From Clostridia bacterium (GTDB taxonomy: Bacteria > Bacillota > Clostridia > UBA1212 > UBA1255): a stretch of DNA of 64,000 nucleotides. Where the stretch lies: assembly GCA_017935905.1 (NCBI GenBank), contig JAGBGO010000035.1:36064-100063 (forward strand), given 5' to 3'. The notes under the pieces are model-generated. The model had not been told where the DNA came from, made no database searches, and saw nothing but the letters and a program-made list of their open reading frames with translations. Each line of letters opens with the position of its first letter. Position 1 is the stretch's first letter. This document shows, piece after piece, positions 37,966 to 46,229 of this stretch. Both the position numbers and the translations under genes were made by a program.

Positions 37966-39018
37966 TCATTTCAAATACAACGCTTTGAAATCTTCTCGAT
38001 CCCGAAGGGGGTCAAAGCAGGGATGATTATTCAAACTATCAATAAAATCATCCAAATCCGTAGCATCGCGGTCCGTCTTGATTGTCTCCCCCGCTACACG
38101 GTCAAAGAAGGGGGCCGTGAAACGGTACTGTGTTTGCTGGCCGTATTGTACCATTTCCTCCGCGTGAAATCTCGCCGTTCGCAACGCCGCAATAACTTCG
38201 TCGTATCGTTTTTCTTCGCAGAGCATAAACGCTTTATCCATGGCGTTATATTGTAAAATATTGTGATAATATTGGTAATTGCCATCCGGGAAAAGAATTT
38301 TCAAGATTTGTTCGATGGCATCGCGGGCTGCGATCGAGTAGTTTGCAACCTTGAATTGTAACAAAAATTCATTCAAACAATTTTCTGCAACCTTTTGCCT
38401 GTGGCAAATCTTTTCCTCACCTTCTAAACACCAGCAAAGGGCACTATCTCGATCATGGTCATTTTCGATCCGCATCGCATACTCTTTTGCTTCGGTCTTT
38501 CTTCCCAGCATATGAAGGGGCCAAACAATTCCCTGCAACGCACGATTACGCAATTTAGAATCGTTTGTATTGTCCAAAACAAGTTTGTAGTGTTTAGCAG
38601 AGCTTTCAAGCAACCGATTGTATGATTCCGGATCTTCCGCTAGGGAACCAACATAGAATTCTGCAGAAGCAAGCCATTCCATATATTCCATATTTCCGGG
38701 ATACGCCTCTACTGCGCGGACAGCCACCGCGTAATTTTTCTCCTTGTCATCATGTTTCCAATATTCATGAAACGCCTCTTCAAACTCTGCCTTTCTCAAA
38801 TCCTTTTGATACTGATCCATTTCCAATAAATAATCGGTGGTGACGCCAAAGAGATTCGCAATAGGCGGTATCAGGGATATATCCGGCATTGCACAGTCGG
38901 TTTCCCAACGACTTACAGCCTGCGGGGATATCGACAACAATTCAGCAAGGTTTTCCTGGGTCATATCGGCTTCCCGCCGAAGTTTTTTGATAATTTTACC
39001 AAAAGACATATAGATCAT
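37966..39018 (-). CDS. XRE-family HTH transcriptional regulator with a large C-terminal helical domain (possibly TPR-like); RNPP-like architecture
   Basis: The N-terminal Cro/C1-type HTH is IKKLRREADMTQENLAELLSISPQAVSRWE. The C-terminal domain is about 280 aa and helical. Confidence 0.6.
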   Translation of the reverse strand: MIYMSFGKIIKKLRREADMTQENLAELLSISPQAVSRWETDCAMPDISLIPPIANLFGVTTDYLLEMDQYQKDLRKAEFEEAFHEYWKHDDKEKNYAVAVRAVEAYPGNMEYMEWLASAEFYVGSLAEDPESYNRLLESSAKHYKLVLDNTNDSKLRNRALQGIVWPLHMLGRKTEAKEYAMRIENDHDRDSALCWCLEGEEKICHRQKVAENCLNEFLLQFKVANYSIAARDAIEQILKILFPDGNYQYYHNILQYNAMDKAFMLCEEKRYDEVIAALRTARFHAEEMVQYGQQTQYRFTAPFFDRVAGETIKTDRDATDLDDFIDSLNNHPCFDPLRDREDFKALYLK

Positions 39019-39213
39019 ACTCCTGTTTCATTACTCAACCGGTTTGTACTTCTATTATATTAAAGCATATTGATTTGTCCATCTCTCGTTAATTGAGCAT
39101 CCGTAAATTCAAAATTGGGTCGTTTGTTTTATGAATTTTTTATGTCTTTTTTATTGACTTTCATTAAACACTATGTTATAAAGAAATCAATAAACTACAA
39201 GGAGCTCCCAACA

Positions 39214-39441
39214 ATGGACGGCAAAAATGTACCACGTTTCTTTTTAACATTATTCTTAGGCTGGATCGGTAGCTTTATTATCAACCACTCCGGCTTGAAA
39301 CCCGAAGGCTACACATGCAGAACGACAGCTTATTTCTTCTTGACCTATCTTACTTGCGGTATTTATCAGCTTGTTGCATCCATCTGCAACTTTGGCTTCA
39401 GCCCCAATAAAGAGAAGAACATTGGCTATTCCAAGGACTAA
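39214..39441 (+). CDS. Small (75 aa) two-transmembrane membrane protein, divergent from the XRE regulator
   Basis: An AAGGAG ribosome-binding site lies 7 nt before the ATG at 39214. The sequence FFLTLFLGWIGSFIINHSGLKPEGY...YFFLTYLTCGIYQLV resembles a TM2-domain-like protein. Confidence 0.4.
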   Translation: MDGKNVPRFFLTLFLGWIGSFIINHSGLKPEGYTCRTTAYFFLTYLTCGIYQLVASICNFGFSPNKEKNIGYSKD

Positions 39442-39503
39442 TAAATAACCTTGCAGGCATACCAAGACGGATCGGTGCAAACCGGTCCGTTTTTTACGCA
39501 AAT

Positions 39504-40352
39504 TCAGCCCAAGCGAAAAGCCTCTTTCAGCATCTCGTAGAATGCCCGCACAAAACCGGGAGCCGTTTGCGCCTCTCGGCAATATAAATACACGTCACGA
39601 CTGTAAGCGCCCACCGGCCACAATTCAATGCCCTCAGAAAACAAACCCCGCCAGGAATGTTCCGGCACAAAAGCAATGCCCAGACCCAACTCCACGCATT
39701 TTCGAATGTAAAATGGGTCCTCACTTTGCAGCGTAATTTCCGGTTCAAAACCCATATCCCGGCAAATGGTTTGGGTAAATTGATACAAACTGCCCGGGGC
39801 ACTCATGGTAATAAACGATTTCTCCCCAATGGCAGCGCGGTCTATCACGGTGCCCGCCGGAAAAGTCCCTTTCTGAGCGGCCAACACAATATTTTCCCGG
39901 AAAAGTTTTTCCCGCACCATGCCCGGTAAATTCAATTCTTGGTCAGAAACCAGCACGTCAAAATCCGCATTCTCCCGCTTCACTTCATGGGTGGTCACAA
40001 TATGGACGCCGGAATACTGCAATTGAAAACGTTCGATAGCCTCCATCACTGTGCGGCGGTTAATGTGAATGCCCACGTGCAGGGTGCCCCGATTGGTATT
40101 GCCCGAGGCGACGCTGGCGGCCTGTTCCAAAATCCCCAGGGCGCGCTTTGTCTCCAGGTAGAAGGCCTTCCCCCGCTCGTTCAAGGTGATACGGTTGGCG
40201 GTACGGGTAAAAAGGTGCACCGATAACTCTTGCTCCAGCCGTTTGATGCTTTGAGAAATATCAGAAGGTGGCACTTGAAACTTCCGTGCCGTTTTAGAAA
40301 AATTCTGGGTCTGTGCCGCGTCGCAGAAATATTTTAATTGCAGTAACTCCAT
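39504..40352 (-). CDS. LysR-family transcriptional regulator
   Basis: The N-terminal wHTH is MELLQLKYFCDAAQTQNFSKTARKFQVPPSDISQSIKRLE. A substrate-binding domain follows. Confidence 0.8.
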   Translation of the reverse strand: MELLQLKYFCDAAQTQNFSKTARKFQVPPSDISQSIKRLEQELSVHLFTRTANRITLNERGKAFYLETKRALGILEQAASVASGNTNRGTLHVGIHINRRTVMEAIERFQLQYSGVHIVTTHEVKRENADFDVLVSDQELNLPGMVREKLFRENIVLAAQKGTFPAGTVIDRAAIGEKSFITMSAPGSLYQFTQTICRDMGFEPEITLQSEDPFYIRKCVELGLGIAFVPEHSWRGLFSEGIELWPVGAYSRDVYLYCREAQTAPGFVRAFYEMLKEAFRLG

Positions 40353-40491
40353 TTTACCCACCCCTTCCCGGATACTATAACACATTTTGCTATCACTTTC
40401 AACATATAGTATTGTACTTCATTTCATTATTTACATAATAGTATCCCCGTGCTATGATTGCACTCGATCCAAGTTGAAAGGGGTTTTCCTG

Positions 40492-40806
40492 ATGACAGAA
40501 TTATTGGAAATGGTTATGTTAATATGTTTTGGAATTTCTTGGCCGATGAACGTGGTAAAATCCTACAAGGCAAGAAGCACCCAAGGAAAGAGCCTTACGT
40601 TCCTTTTGATGATCATTATCGGGTATATTGCCGGTATTATTTCCAAATTGATGAATCCTGCCTTTATGTCCGCAATTTCGGACAAATGGTTTGTGCTTTT
40701 CATTTACTTCTTAAACCTTTTTATGGTATTGCTGGATTTCATTCTCTACTTCCGCAATGCACACTTGATGCACAAATACGCACCGCTTAAAAAGGCCCAT
40801 TGCTGA
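40492..40806 (+). CDS. Small membrane protein (104 aa, three transmembrane helices), divergent from the LysR regulator
   Basis: A ribosome-binding site (AAAGGGG) precedes the ATG at 40492. The protein is hydrophobic and no family is recognised. Confidence 0.4.
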   Translation: MTELLEMVMLICFGISWPMNVVKSYKARSTQGKSLTFLLMIIIGYIAGIISKLMNPAFMSAISDKWFVLFIYFLNLFMVLLDFILYFRNAHLMHKYAPLKKAHC

Positions 40807-40817
40807 GACAGGCTCTC

Positions 40818-40846
40818 TTTACAAGTTTTTGTCCTTTTGATATAAT
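40818..40846 (+). promoter_or_regulatory. Sigma-A promoter for cysK
   Basis: TTTACA-17-TATAAT lies about 30 nt upstream of the cysK start. Confidence 0.55.
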
Positions 40847-40878
40847 GGCAAAGATTATGAAGAAAGAGATTCTATCCT

Positions 40879-41808
40879 ATGATTTGCAATACAATTTTGG
40901 ACGCTTTGGGCAACACACCGATGATTAAACTGAACCGCATGGTCGGCAAAGACTGCGCCGATATTTTGGTGAAATTCGAAGGTTTGAACGTAGGTGGTTC
41001 CATTAAAACCAGAACCGCATACAATATGATTCTTCGCGCGGAGCAACAAGGTCTGCTCACGCCGGAGTCCATCATTGTAGAGCCCACTTCCGGCAACCAG
41101 GGAATTGGTCTATCGTTGGTTGGCGCGGTAAGAGGATACAAAGTAAAGATCATTATGCCCGACTCCGTCAGCGAAGAACGGCGGAAGTTGGTGAAGCAAT
41201 ACGGTGCTGAAGTTATTTTGGTACACGACGATGGCAATATTGGTTTGTGTATTGAAGAATGTATCGGTTTAGCTCAGAAGATGCAGCAAGAAGACCCGCG
41301 GGTATTTGTTCCCCAGCAATTTGAGAATCCCGCCAATCCGGAGGTGCAGCGAAGCGTTACCGGAATGGAAATCTTAGCCCAAGTAAATGGTCCCATTCAC
41401 GGCTTCTGCTCCGGCATCGGCACCGGCGGTACCATTACCGGCATTGGTGAAACGCTGAAACAAGCCAATCCGGAGATAACCATTTGGGCAGTAGAGCCGG
41501 AGAATGCTGCTATTTTATCCGGCGGTTCCATTGGCACCCACTTGCAGATGGGCATTGGGGACGGTTTGATTCCCCAAATTTTGAATCAAGAGATTTATCA
41601 GGACGTTTGTATTATTAAGGACGAAGAGGCATTACAGACTTCCAAGGATTTAGCCGCCAAGGAAGGGATTCTTTGCGGCATCAGTTCCGGCACCAACGTA
41701 GCGGCGGCCATGAAGTTAGCCAAGAAGCTGGGCCCCGGTCACACAGTAGTCACCGTGCTTCCCGACACCGCGGAGCGTTATTTCTCCACACCCCTTTTTG
41801 CTGAATAA
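40879..41808 (+). CDS. cysK: Cysteine synthase A (O-acetylserine sulfhydrylase)
   Basis: It has the PLP-enzyme lysine motif (..GGSIKTR..) and the glycine-rich loop GTGGT. It is 309 aa. Confidence 0.85.
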   Translation: MICNTILDALGNTPMIKLNRMVGKDCADILVKFEGLNVGGSIKTRTAYNMILRAEQQGLLTPESIIVEPTSGNQGIGLSLVGAVRGYKVKIIMPDSVSEERRKLVKQYGAEVILVHDDGNIGLCIEECIGLAQKMQQEDPRVFVPQQFENPANPEVQRSVTGMEILAQVNGPIHGFCSGIGTGGTITGIGETLKQANPEITIWAVEPENAAILSGGSIGTHLQMGIGDGLIPQILNQEIYQDVCIIKDEEALQTSKDLAAKEGILCGISSGTNVAAAMKLAKKLGPGHTVVTVLPDTAERYFSTPLFAE

Positions 41809-41886
41809 GAAGAAATTGACACTTCAACAAAATTCGTGTATAGTACGATTGTTGATTGTTCAACAAGTTCCTTGGAGGTATTTTTT

Positions 41887-42336
41887 ATGGTAGACCGTTT
41901 TGAACGTTTTTCCTTTGCAATTTATGAATTATCCCGTTATTGGCACAAGATTGCCTCGGATGAAATGGAGAAATATGGATTAAAAGGGCCGTATGCCGTT
42001 TATTTTACCACCCTGTACCGAAATCCCGAAGGAATGACCGCCGCCCGCCTTTGCGAAGTTTCCGGCCGTGACAAAGCGGACGTTTCCCGGGCCATCAGCG
42101 CCATGGAGAAACAAGGACTGGTGACAAAAGAAGGCAGTCAGTATCGCGCACTGCTGAAGCTGTCCCCCGCCGGCATGCAAGCCGCCAACCAGATCAATGA
42201 ACGAGCGCGGGTTGCCGTGGAATTAGGAGGAAGAGGGTTAACGCCGGAACATCGGGAAATTTTCTACGCCGCTATGGAACAAATTGTTGCAAATCTTCAA
42301 ATACTCAGTGAGGAAGGACTTCCTTCAGAAAGGTAA
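41887..42336 (+). CDS. MarR-family transcriptional regulator
   Basis: It has a winged-HTH core (LKGPYAVYFTTLYRNPEGMTAARLCEVSGRDKADVSRAISAMEKQGLV). A GGAGGT ribosome-binding site is present. Confidence 0.7.
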   Translation: MVDRFERFSFAIYELSRYWHKIASDEMEKYGLKGPYAVYFTTLYRNPEGMTAARLCEVSGRDKADVSRAISAMEKQGLVTKEGSQYRALLKLSPAGMQAANQINERARVAVELGGRGLTPEHREIFYAAMEQIVANLQILSEEGLPSER

Positions 42337-42340
42337 TTCA

Positions 42341-43177
42341 ATGAAAATTGTATTTGATTCATCGGCAGATCTTCGTGGTCTTACAAAGAGCTCGTCTTCT
42401 TGTGCCCCTTTAAAGATTATTACTGCAGAAAAAGAATATGTGGACAACGATTCTTTAGATATTGGCGGTATGGTGGAAGATTTGCTGCACTACAAAGGTA
42501 AATCCTCCACGTCCTGCCCCAACCCGGAAGATTGGCTCTCTGCTTTTGGTGATGCCCGGGAGATTTTCTGCATTACCATTACCGGAACCCTTTCCGGCAG
42601 TTACAATGCCGCATGTGTGGCAAAAAATTTGTATATAGAGCGTCACCCGGATGCACAAATTTGCGTAATCAACTCCCTGTCCACGGGACCGGAGATGAAA
42701 TTGATTATCGAAAAATTGCAGGAGTGGATGGAAGGGGGCCTGCACTTTTAAGAAATTGTGCCAAAAATCGAGACGTACCGACAAAACACCGGACTGCTGT
42801 TTATGTTGGAATCTATGCGCAATTTAGCCAACAACGGAAGAGTCAGCACCCTTTCTGCAAAAGCGGCGGGACTGCTCGGCATCCGTGTGGTAGGAAAAGC
42901 CAGCGATCGGGGAGATTTAGAACCTTTAGACAAGTGTCGCGGGGAGAATCACGCGTTGGCATCTTTGGTTAAGCACTTGAAAGGGCTGGGGTTTGCAGGG
43001 GGTAAAATACGCATTGCCCACTGCTTTAACGAAACCGGCGCCAAGAAATTACAAGATTTAATTTTAGCCGAATACCCGCAAACCCACGTGCAAATCTACC
43101 CCACCGGCGGCCTTTGCAGCTTCTACGCAGAAAAAGGCGGCCTTCTCGTAGGTTTTGAGAAAGCCGCTGAATTATAA
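42341..43177 (+). pseudogene. DegV-family (fatty-acid-binding, EDD-fold) gene interrupted by a single in-frame TAA at 42749-42751
   Basis: The N-terminal half (42341-42748) and the C-terminal half (42752-43177) are in the same reading frame. They translate to ...LQEWMEGGLHF*EIVPKIETYRQNTGLLFMLESMRNLANNGRVS.., which reads as a contiguous DegV. Confidence 0.6.
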
Positions 43178-43187
43178 ACAAATCCTT

Positions 43188-44030
43188 TTAACAGATCCAA
43201 TCTTGAAGCCGTGTAAGCACGCGGTCTACCGAAGGATCCCCTTGGCAGGCGCCTTGGTACTCAATGGCGTAATAGCCGTCGTACCCGGATGCTTTCAAAA
43301 GGCGAATCGCTTCTTCGATGCGCACCGTGCCGGTACCGGCCTCTACTTCCCGCACCCAGTTGCCATAAATGGTTTCCAGGCATCCGGGACCGATTTCCGC
43401 TTTCGAAACCGGCGTCAGATCTTTCACGTGGGCATGCACAATCTGCTTCGGGAAAGCGCGGATAAAGTCCACAACGCTTTCTTCCACCTGGGCAATATTG
43501 CCGAAGTCTGCCACGGCGCCTACGTTTCGGTCCACAGCGTCTAAGAAACGCTGAAAACCGGCTACACCGTTAAACACAAAGCCCTGGTCTTCGTAAATGG
43601 AACGAATCCCTAAACTTGCAGCATAATCGTAAACGGTGCGAACGCTTTGTACGCCTTGTGCGAACAAAGCTTCCTTGCGGGCAAGCACGTCTTGTGGGTT
43701 TCCAAAATCACAGGCAACGGTGTGGTGCAAATAGGGGGATCCCAAAATAGCTGCAACCTCTGCATATTGGCACAGACGCGCTACGTTTTCTTTGGCATGC
43801 TCCCCGGCTACGTCGCAGAATAAAGAAAAACACGGGAAAACAACGCCTCGTTCGTCCGCATATTGGCGGATTTCTTTTGCTGCAGCCAAATCCGGCTGTG
43901 CAAATTCAAAATTGCAAAACCCTTCCACCGCCGTAAGCCCTTTGGCTACCGCTAAATCAATGATCTCTTTGTAAGAGGTCATCCCGGGATAGGGAGGTGT
44001 GTAAAAACAAATTTTCCCACTCATTGACAA
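43188..44030 (-). CDS. Sugar phosphate isomerase/epimerase (xylose-isomerase-like TIM barrel)
   Basis: The 280-aa protein has a TIM-barrel AP-endonuclease-2/XylA-like fold. Confidence 0.7.
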   Translation of the reverse strand: MSMSGKICFYTPPYPGMTSYKEIIDLAVAKGLTAVEGFCNFEFAQPDLAAAKEIRQYADERGVVFPCFSLFCDVAGEHAKENVARLCQYAEVAAILGSPYLHHTVACDFGNPQDVLARKEALFAQGVQSVRTVYDYAASLGIRSIYEDQGFVFNGVAGFQRFLDAVDRNVGAVADFGNIAQVEESVVDFIRAFPKQIVHAHVKDLTPVSKAEIGPGCLETIYGNWVREVEAGTGTVRIEEAIRLLKASGYDGYYAIEYQGACQGDPSVDRVLTRLQDWIC

Positions 44031-45040
44031 TCACCAAAATCCAAAACTTTTCCGCCGGCTTCTGCGCTTTCAAAAAGTTTCTCCAAAGCATAAATGGTCT
44101 TGGCGGACTCTTGGGGAGGATTGCGGTCATTGTCCAAATTTTTATCAAAAATCTCTGCCAAATATTCAATCTCGCCCATAATACCGTCCCGATCCGGAAG
44201 CGCAATGGATTCCGCAGTGCCGTCGGTCTTGGTAAATATAACTTGGTCCCGGGTGTATGTCAAGATGCCTTTTTCAAATTCCACTTTGTAGTTGGCGTTA
44301 AATTCCGTTTCTGCCCCCAACCAAGCGCTCTTAATATCCACGGTCAGGTCTGCGTAAATAAACTGACTGTCGGCACGGTCATAGGGGTAGACAATATCCT
44401 GTGTCTTACAAGACATTTTCAAAGGATTGCCAAACAAGCAGCGCACCAAGTCAATGTCATGAATATTCAATTCTGCCAAGCAGCTGCCTGCTTTGCCCGC
44501 GCGGGTTTGCCATTGGTCTTTGCTCCACAAAGGAACGGGGCTGTAACGGGTAAATTCCGCGGACAATACTTTGCCGTACAGATTCTTCTTCACAGCTTCT
44601 TGCAAATACTCATAGGCGGGCCAGAAACGAAGGCATTGTCCGATCATTAAGAATTTCCCTGTTTTCTTGGCTGTGTCTACCATGAATTTACATTGTTCGT
44701 AGCTTTCCGCCATAGGTTTTTCGCAAAAAACAGAATAACCGGCTTCCATCACAGCTACCGCCATGGGGGCATGGAATTTTGTAGGCAAACAAATATCTAC
44801 CAGATCCGGTTGCTCTTTCTCCACCATTTCACGCCAATCGGTATATTGGCCAAAAGGCAATTCATTGGTAATTTCTCCTTTTGTGGGCAAATTAATCTTC
44901 GTAATGGTTCTGAATTTCTCCAGATCCGTATCGCAGGCACCGACCAATTGAATGGGAAGACCTCTCCGATTGCAATCCCAGTAAGCAAAACGGTGCGCCT
45001 GTGCAATTCCGCCAAAACCAATCATAGCAACTTTCAGCAT
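44021..45040 (-). CDS. Gfo/Idh/MocA-family NAD(P)-dependent oxidoreductase
   Basis: The N-terminal Rossmann motif is MLKVAMIGFGGIAQAH. The protein is 339 aa. Confidence 0.8.
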   Translation of the reverse strand: MLKVAMIGFGGIAQAHRFAYWDCNRRGLPIQLVGACDTDLEKFRTITKINLPTKGEITNELPFGQYTDWREMVEKEQPDLVDICLPTKFHAPMAVAVMEAGYSVFCEKPMAESYEQCKFMVDTAKKTGKFLMIGQCLRFWPAYEYLQEAVKKNLYGKVLSAEFTRYSPVPLWSKDQWQTRAGKAGSCLAELNIHDIDLVRCLFGNPLKMSCKTQDIVYPYDRADSQFIYADLTVDIKSAWLGAETEFNANYKVEFEKGILTYTRDQVIFTKTDGTAESIALPDRDGIMGEIEYLAEIFDKNLDNDRNPPQESAKTIYALEKLFESAEAGGKVLDFGDCQ

Positions 45041-45189
45041 TTTCGACCCCTCCGAATATGTTCGTTTGTTTATGGTTATAGCCTATCATTTTACCGCGAG
45101 GCTTTTCAATGGAAGATTGTTCTTTATTCTTATACAATCGTTCACAAGAGATCGTCCAATTTGACTATTTCATAAATTTATGTTAGGGT

Positions 45190-46140
45190 ATGGACAATAT
45201 GAAAGGGCGTGAATCAATGCATCAAGTGCCGGCAAGGAGACCCAGTTTCCAATTAAAACCCATTGTAGATATTTCCAGAATTTTTACCGTTTTCTACTAC
45301 GAATTCAGCGGAGATTACCAATTTGAAGGAGAATCCCACAATTTCTGGGAGTTTGTGTACGTGGACAAAGGGGAATGTAAGCTGTTTAACAGTGGCCGAA
45401 CTTTCCACATGAAGACCGGCAATATTTATTTTCACAAGCCCAACACTTTTCACGCTTTGTACGGCATGCCGGAGCAGAATTTCAACGTGCTGATTATTTC
45501 CTTTTCCTGTAAATCCGAAACCATGAACGCCATTCCCGATGAAATGATTCAGGTCTCCGGTGAACTGCGCAGTGTTCTTTCAAAAATTACCCGGGAATGT
45601 CGGAACGCTTTTTACCTACCCATCATTGATAAAGATATCCCCGCCATCCAAGCCAAACGCTCCACGCTGCTGGGCGCGCGGCAACTCATTAAATTATATA
45701 TGGAAGAATTTTTGATTTTGCTGATGCGCAAAGAGCATTTGCGAAATGCCAAGAACCCCACCCTCTCCCTCCTTTCCGGACAAGAAGTGGGGCAGGAGAA
45801 TTTAGTGGCTTCTATCAAGGCGTATTTGCTGGCGAATCTGCGAGAAAAGATTACCATCGATGATCTTTGCAGGGAATTTCATTACAGTAAGACGTATATT
45901 TGTACCAATATTAAGAAAGCTACCGGCTATTCCGTGATTGAGTTTATCAACCAAGCCAAAACGGAACGGGCAAAAGACTTAATTCGGGAGAATAAAATGT
46001 CTCTCACCCAAATTTCCGAAGCGTTGGGTTTTTCCGGATTGGAATATTTCAGCAAAGTCTTTAAGCAATACGCAGGACTTTCCCCCAGCGGCTACAAAAA
46101 GAAATTAAAAACTTTATTAGGATATACCTTTGAACAATAG
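45190..46140 (+). CDS. AraC-family transcriptional regulator (cupin N-terminal, HTH C-terminal)
   Basis: The C-terminal AraC HTH is ...LTQISEALGFSGLEYFSKVFKQYAGLSPSGYKK. Confidence 0.75.
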   Translation: MDNMKGRESMHQVPARRPSFQLKPIVDISRIFTVFYYEFSGDYQFEGESHNFWEFVYVDKGECKLFNSGRTFHMKTGNIYFHKPNTFHALYGMPEQNFNVLIISFSCKSETMNAIPDEMIQVSGELRSVLSKITRECRNAFYLPIIDKDIPAIQAKRSTLLGARQLIKLYMEEFLILLMRKEHLRNAKNPTLSLLSGQEVGQENLVASIKAYLLANLREKITIDDLCREFHYSKTYICTNIKKATGYSVIEFINQAKTERAKDLIRENKMSLTQISEALGFSGLEYFSKVFKQYAGLSPSGYKKKLKTLLGYTFEQ

Positions 46141-46229
46141 ACAAAATTGTAAAAAAGGAGTATACTGTAACATACTTGAAAAAGAACTGTGAACGAACAG
46201 TCCGATAATAAAATAAAGAGGAGGATCTT

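Noticed and set aside
39115-39213. An N-terminal extension of the small membrane protein (TTG start at 39115)
   Set aside because: There is no ribosome-binding site at 39115. A strong AAGGAG site precedes the ATG at 39214.
42613-42972. An alternative-frame ORF across the degV break, which would suggest a frameshift
   Set aside because: The two DegV halves are in the same frame. The break is a single in-frame TAA, not a frameshift.
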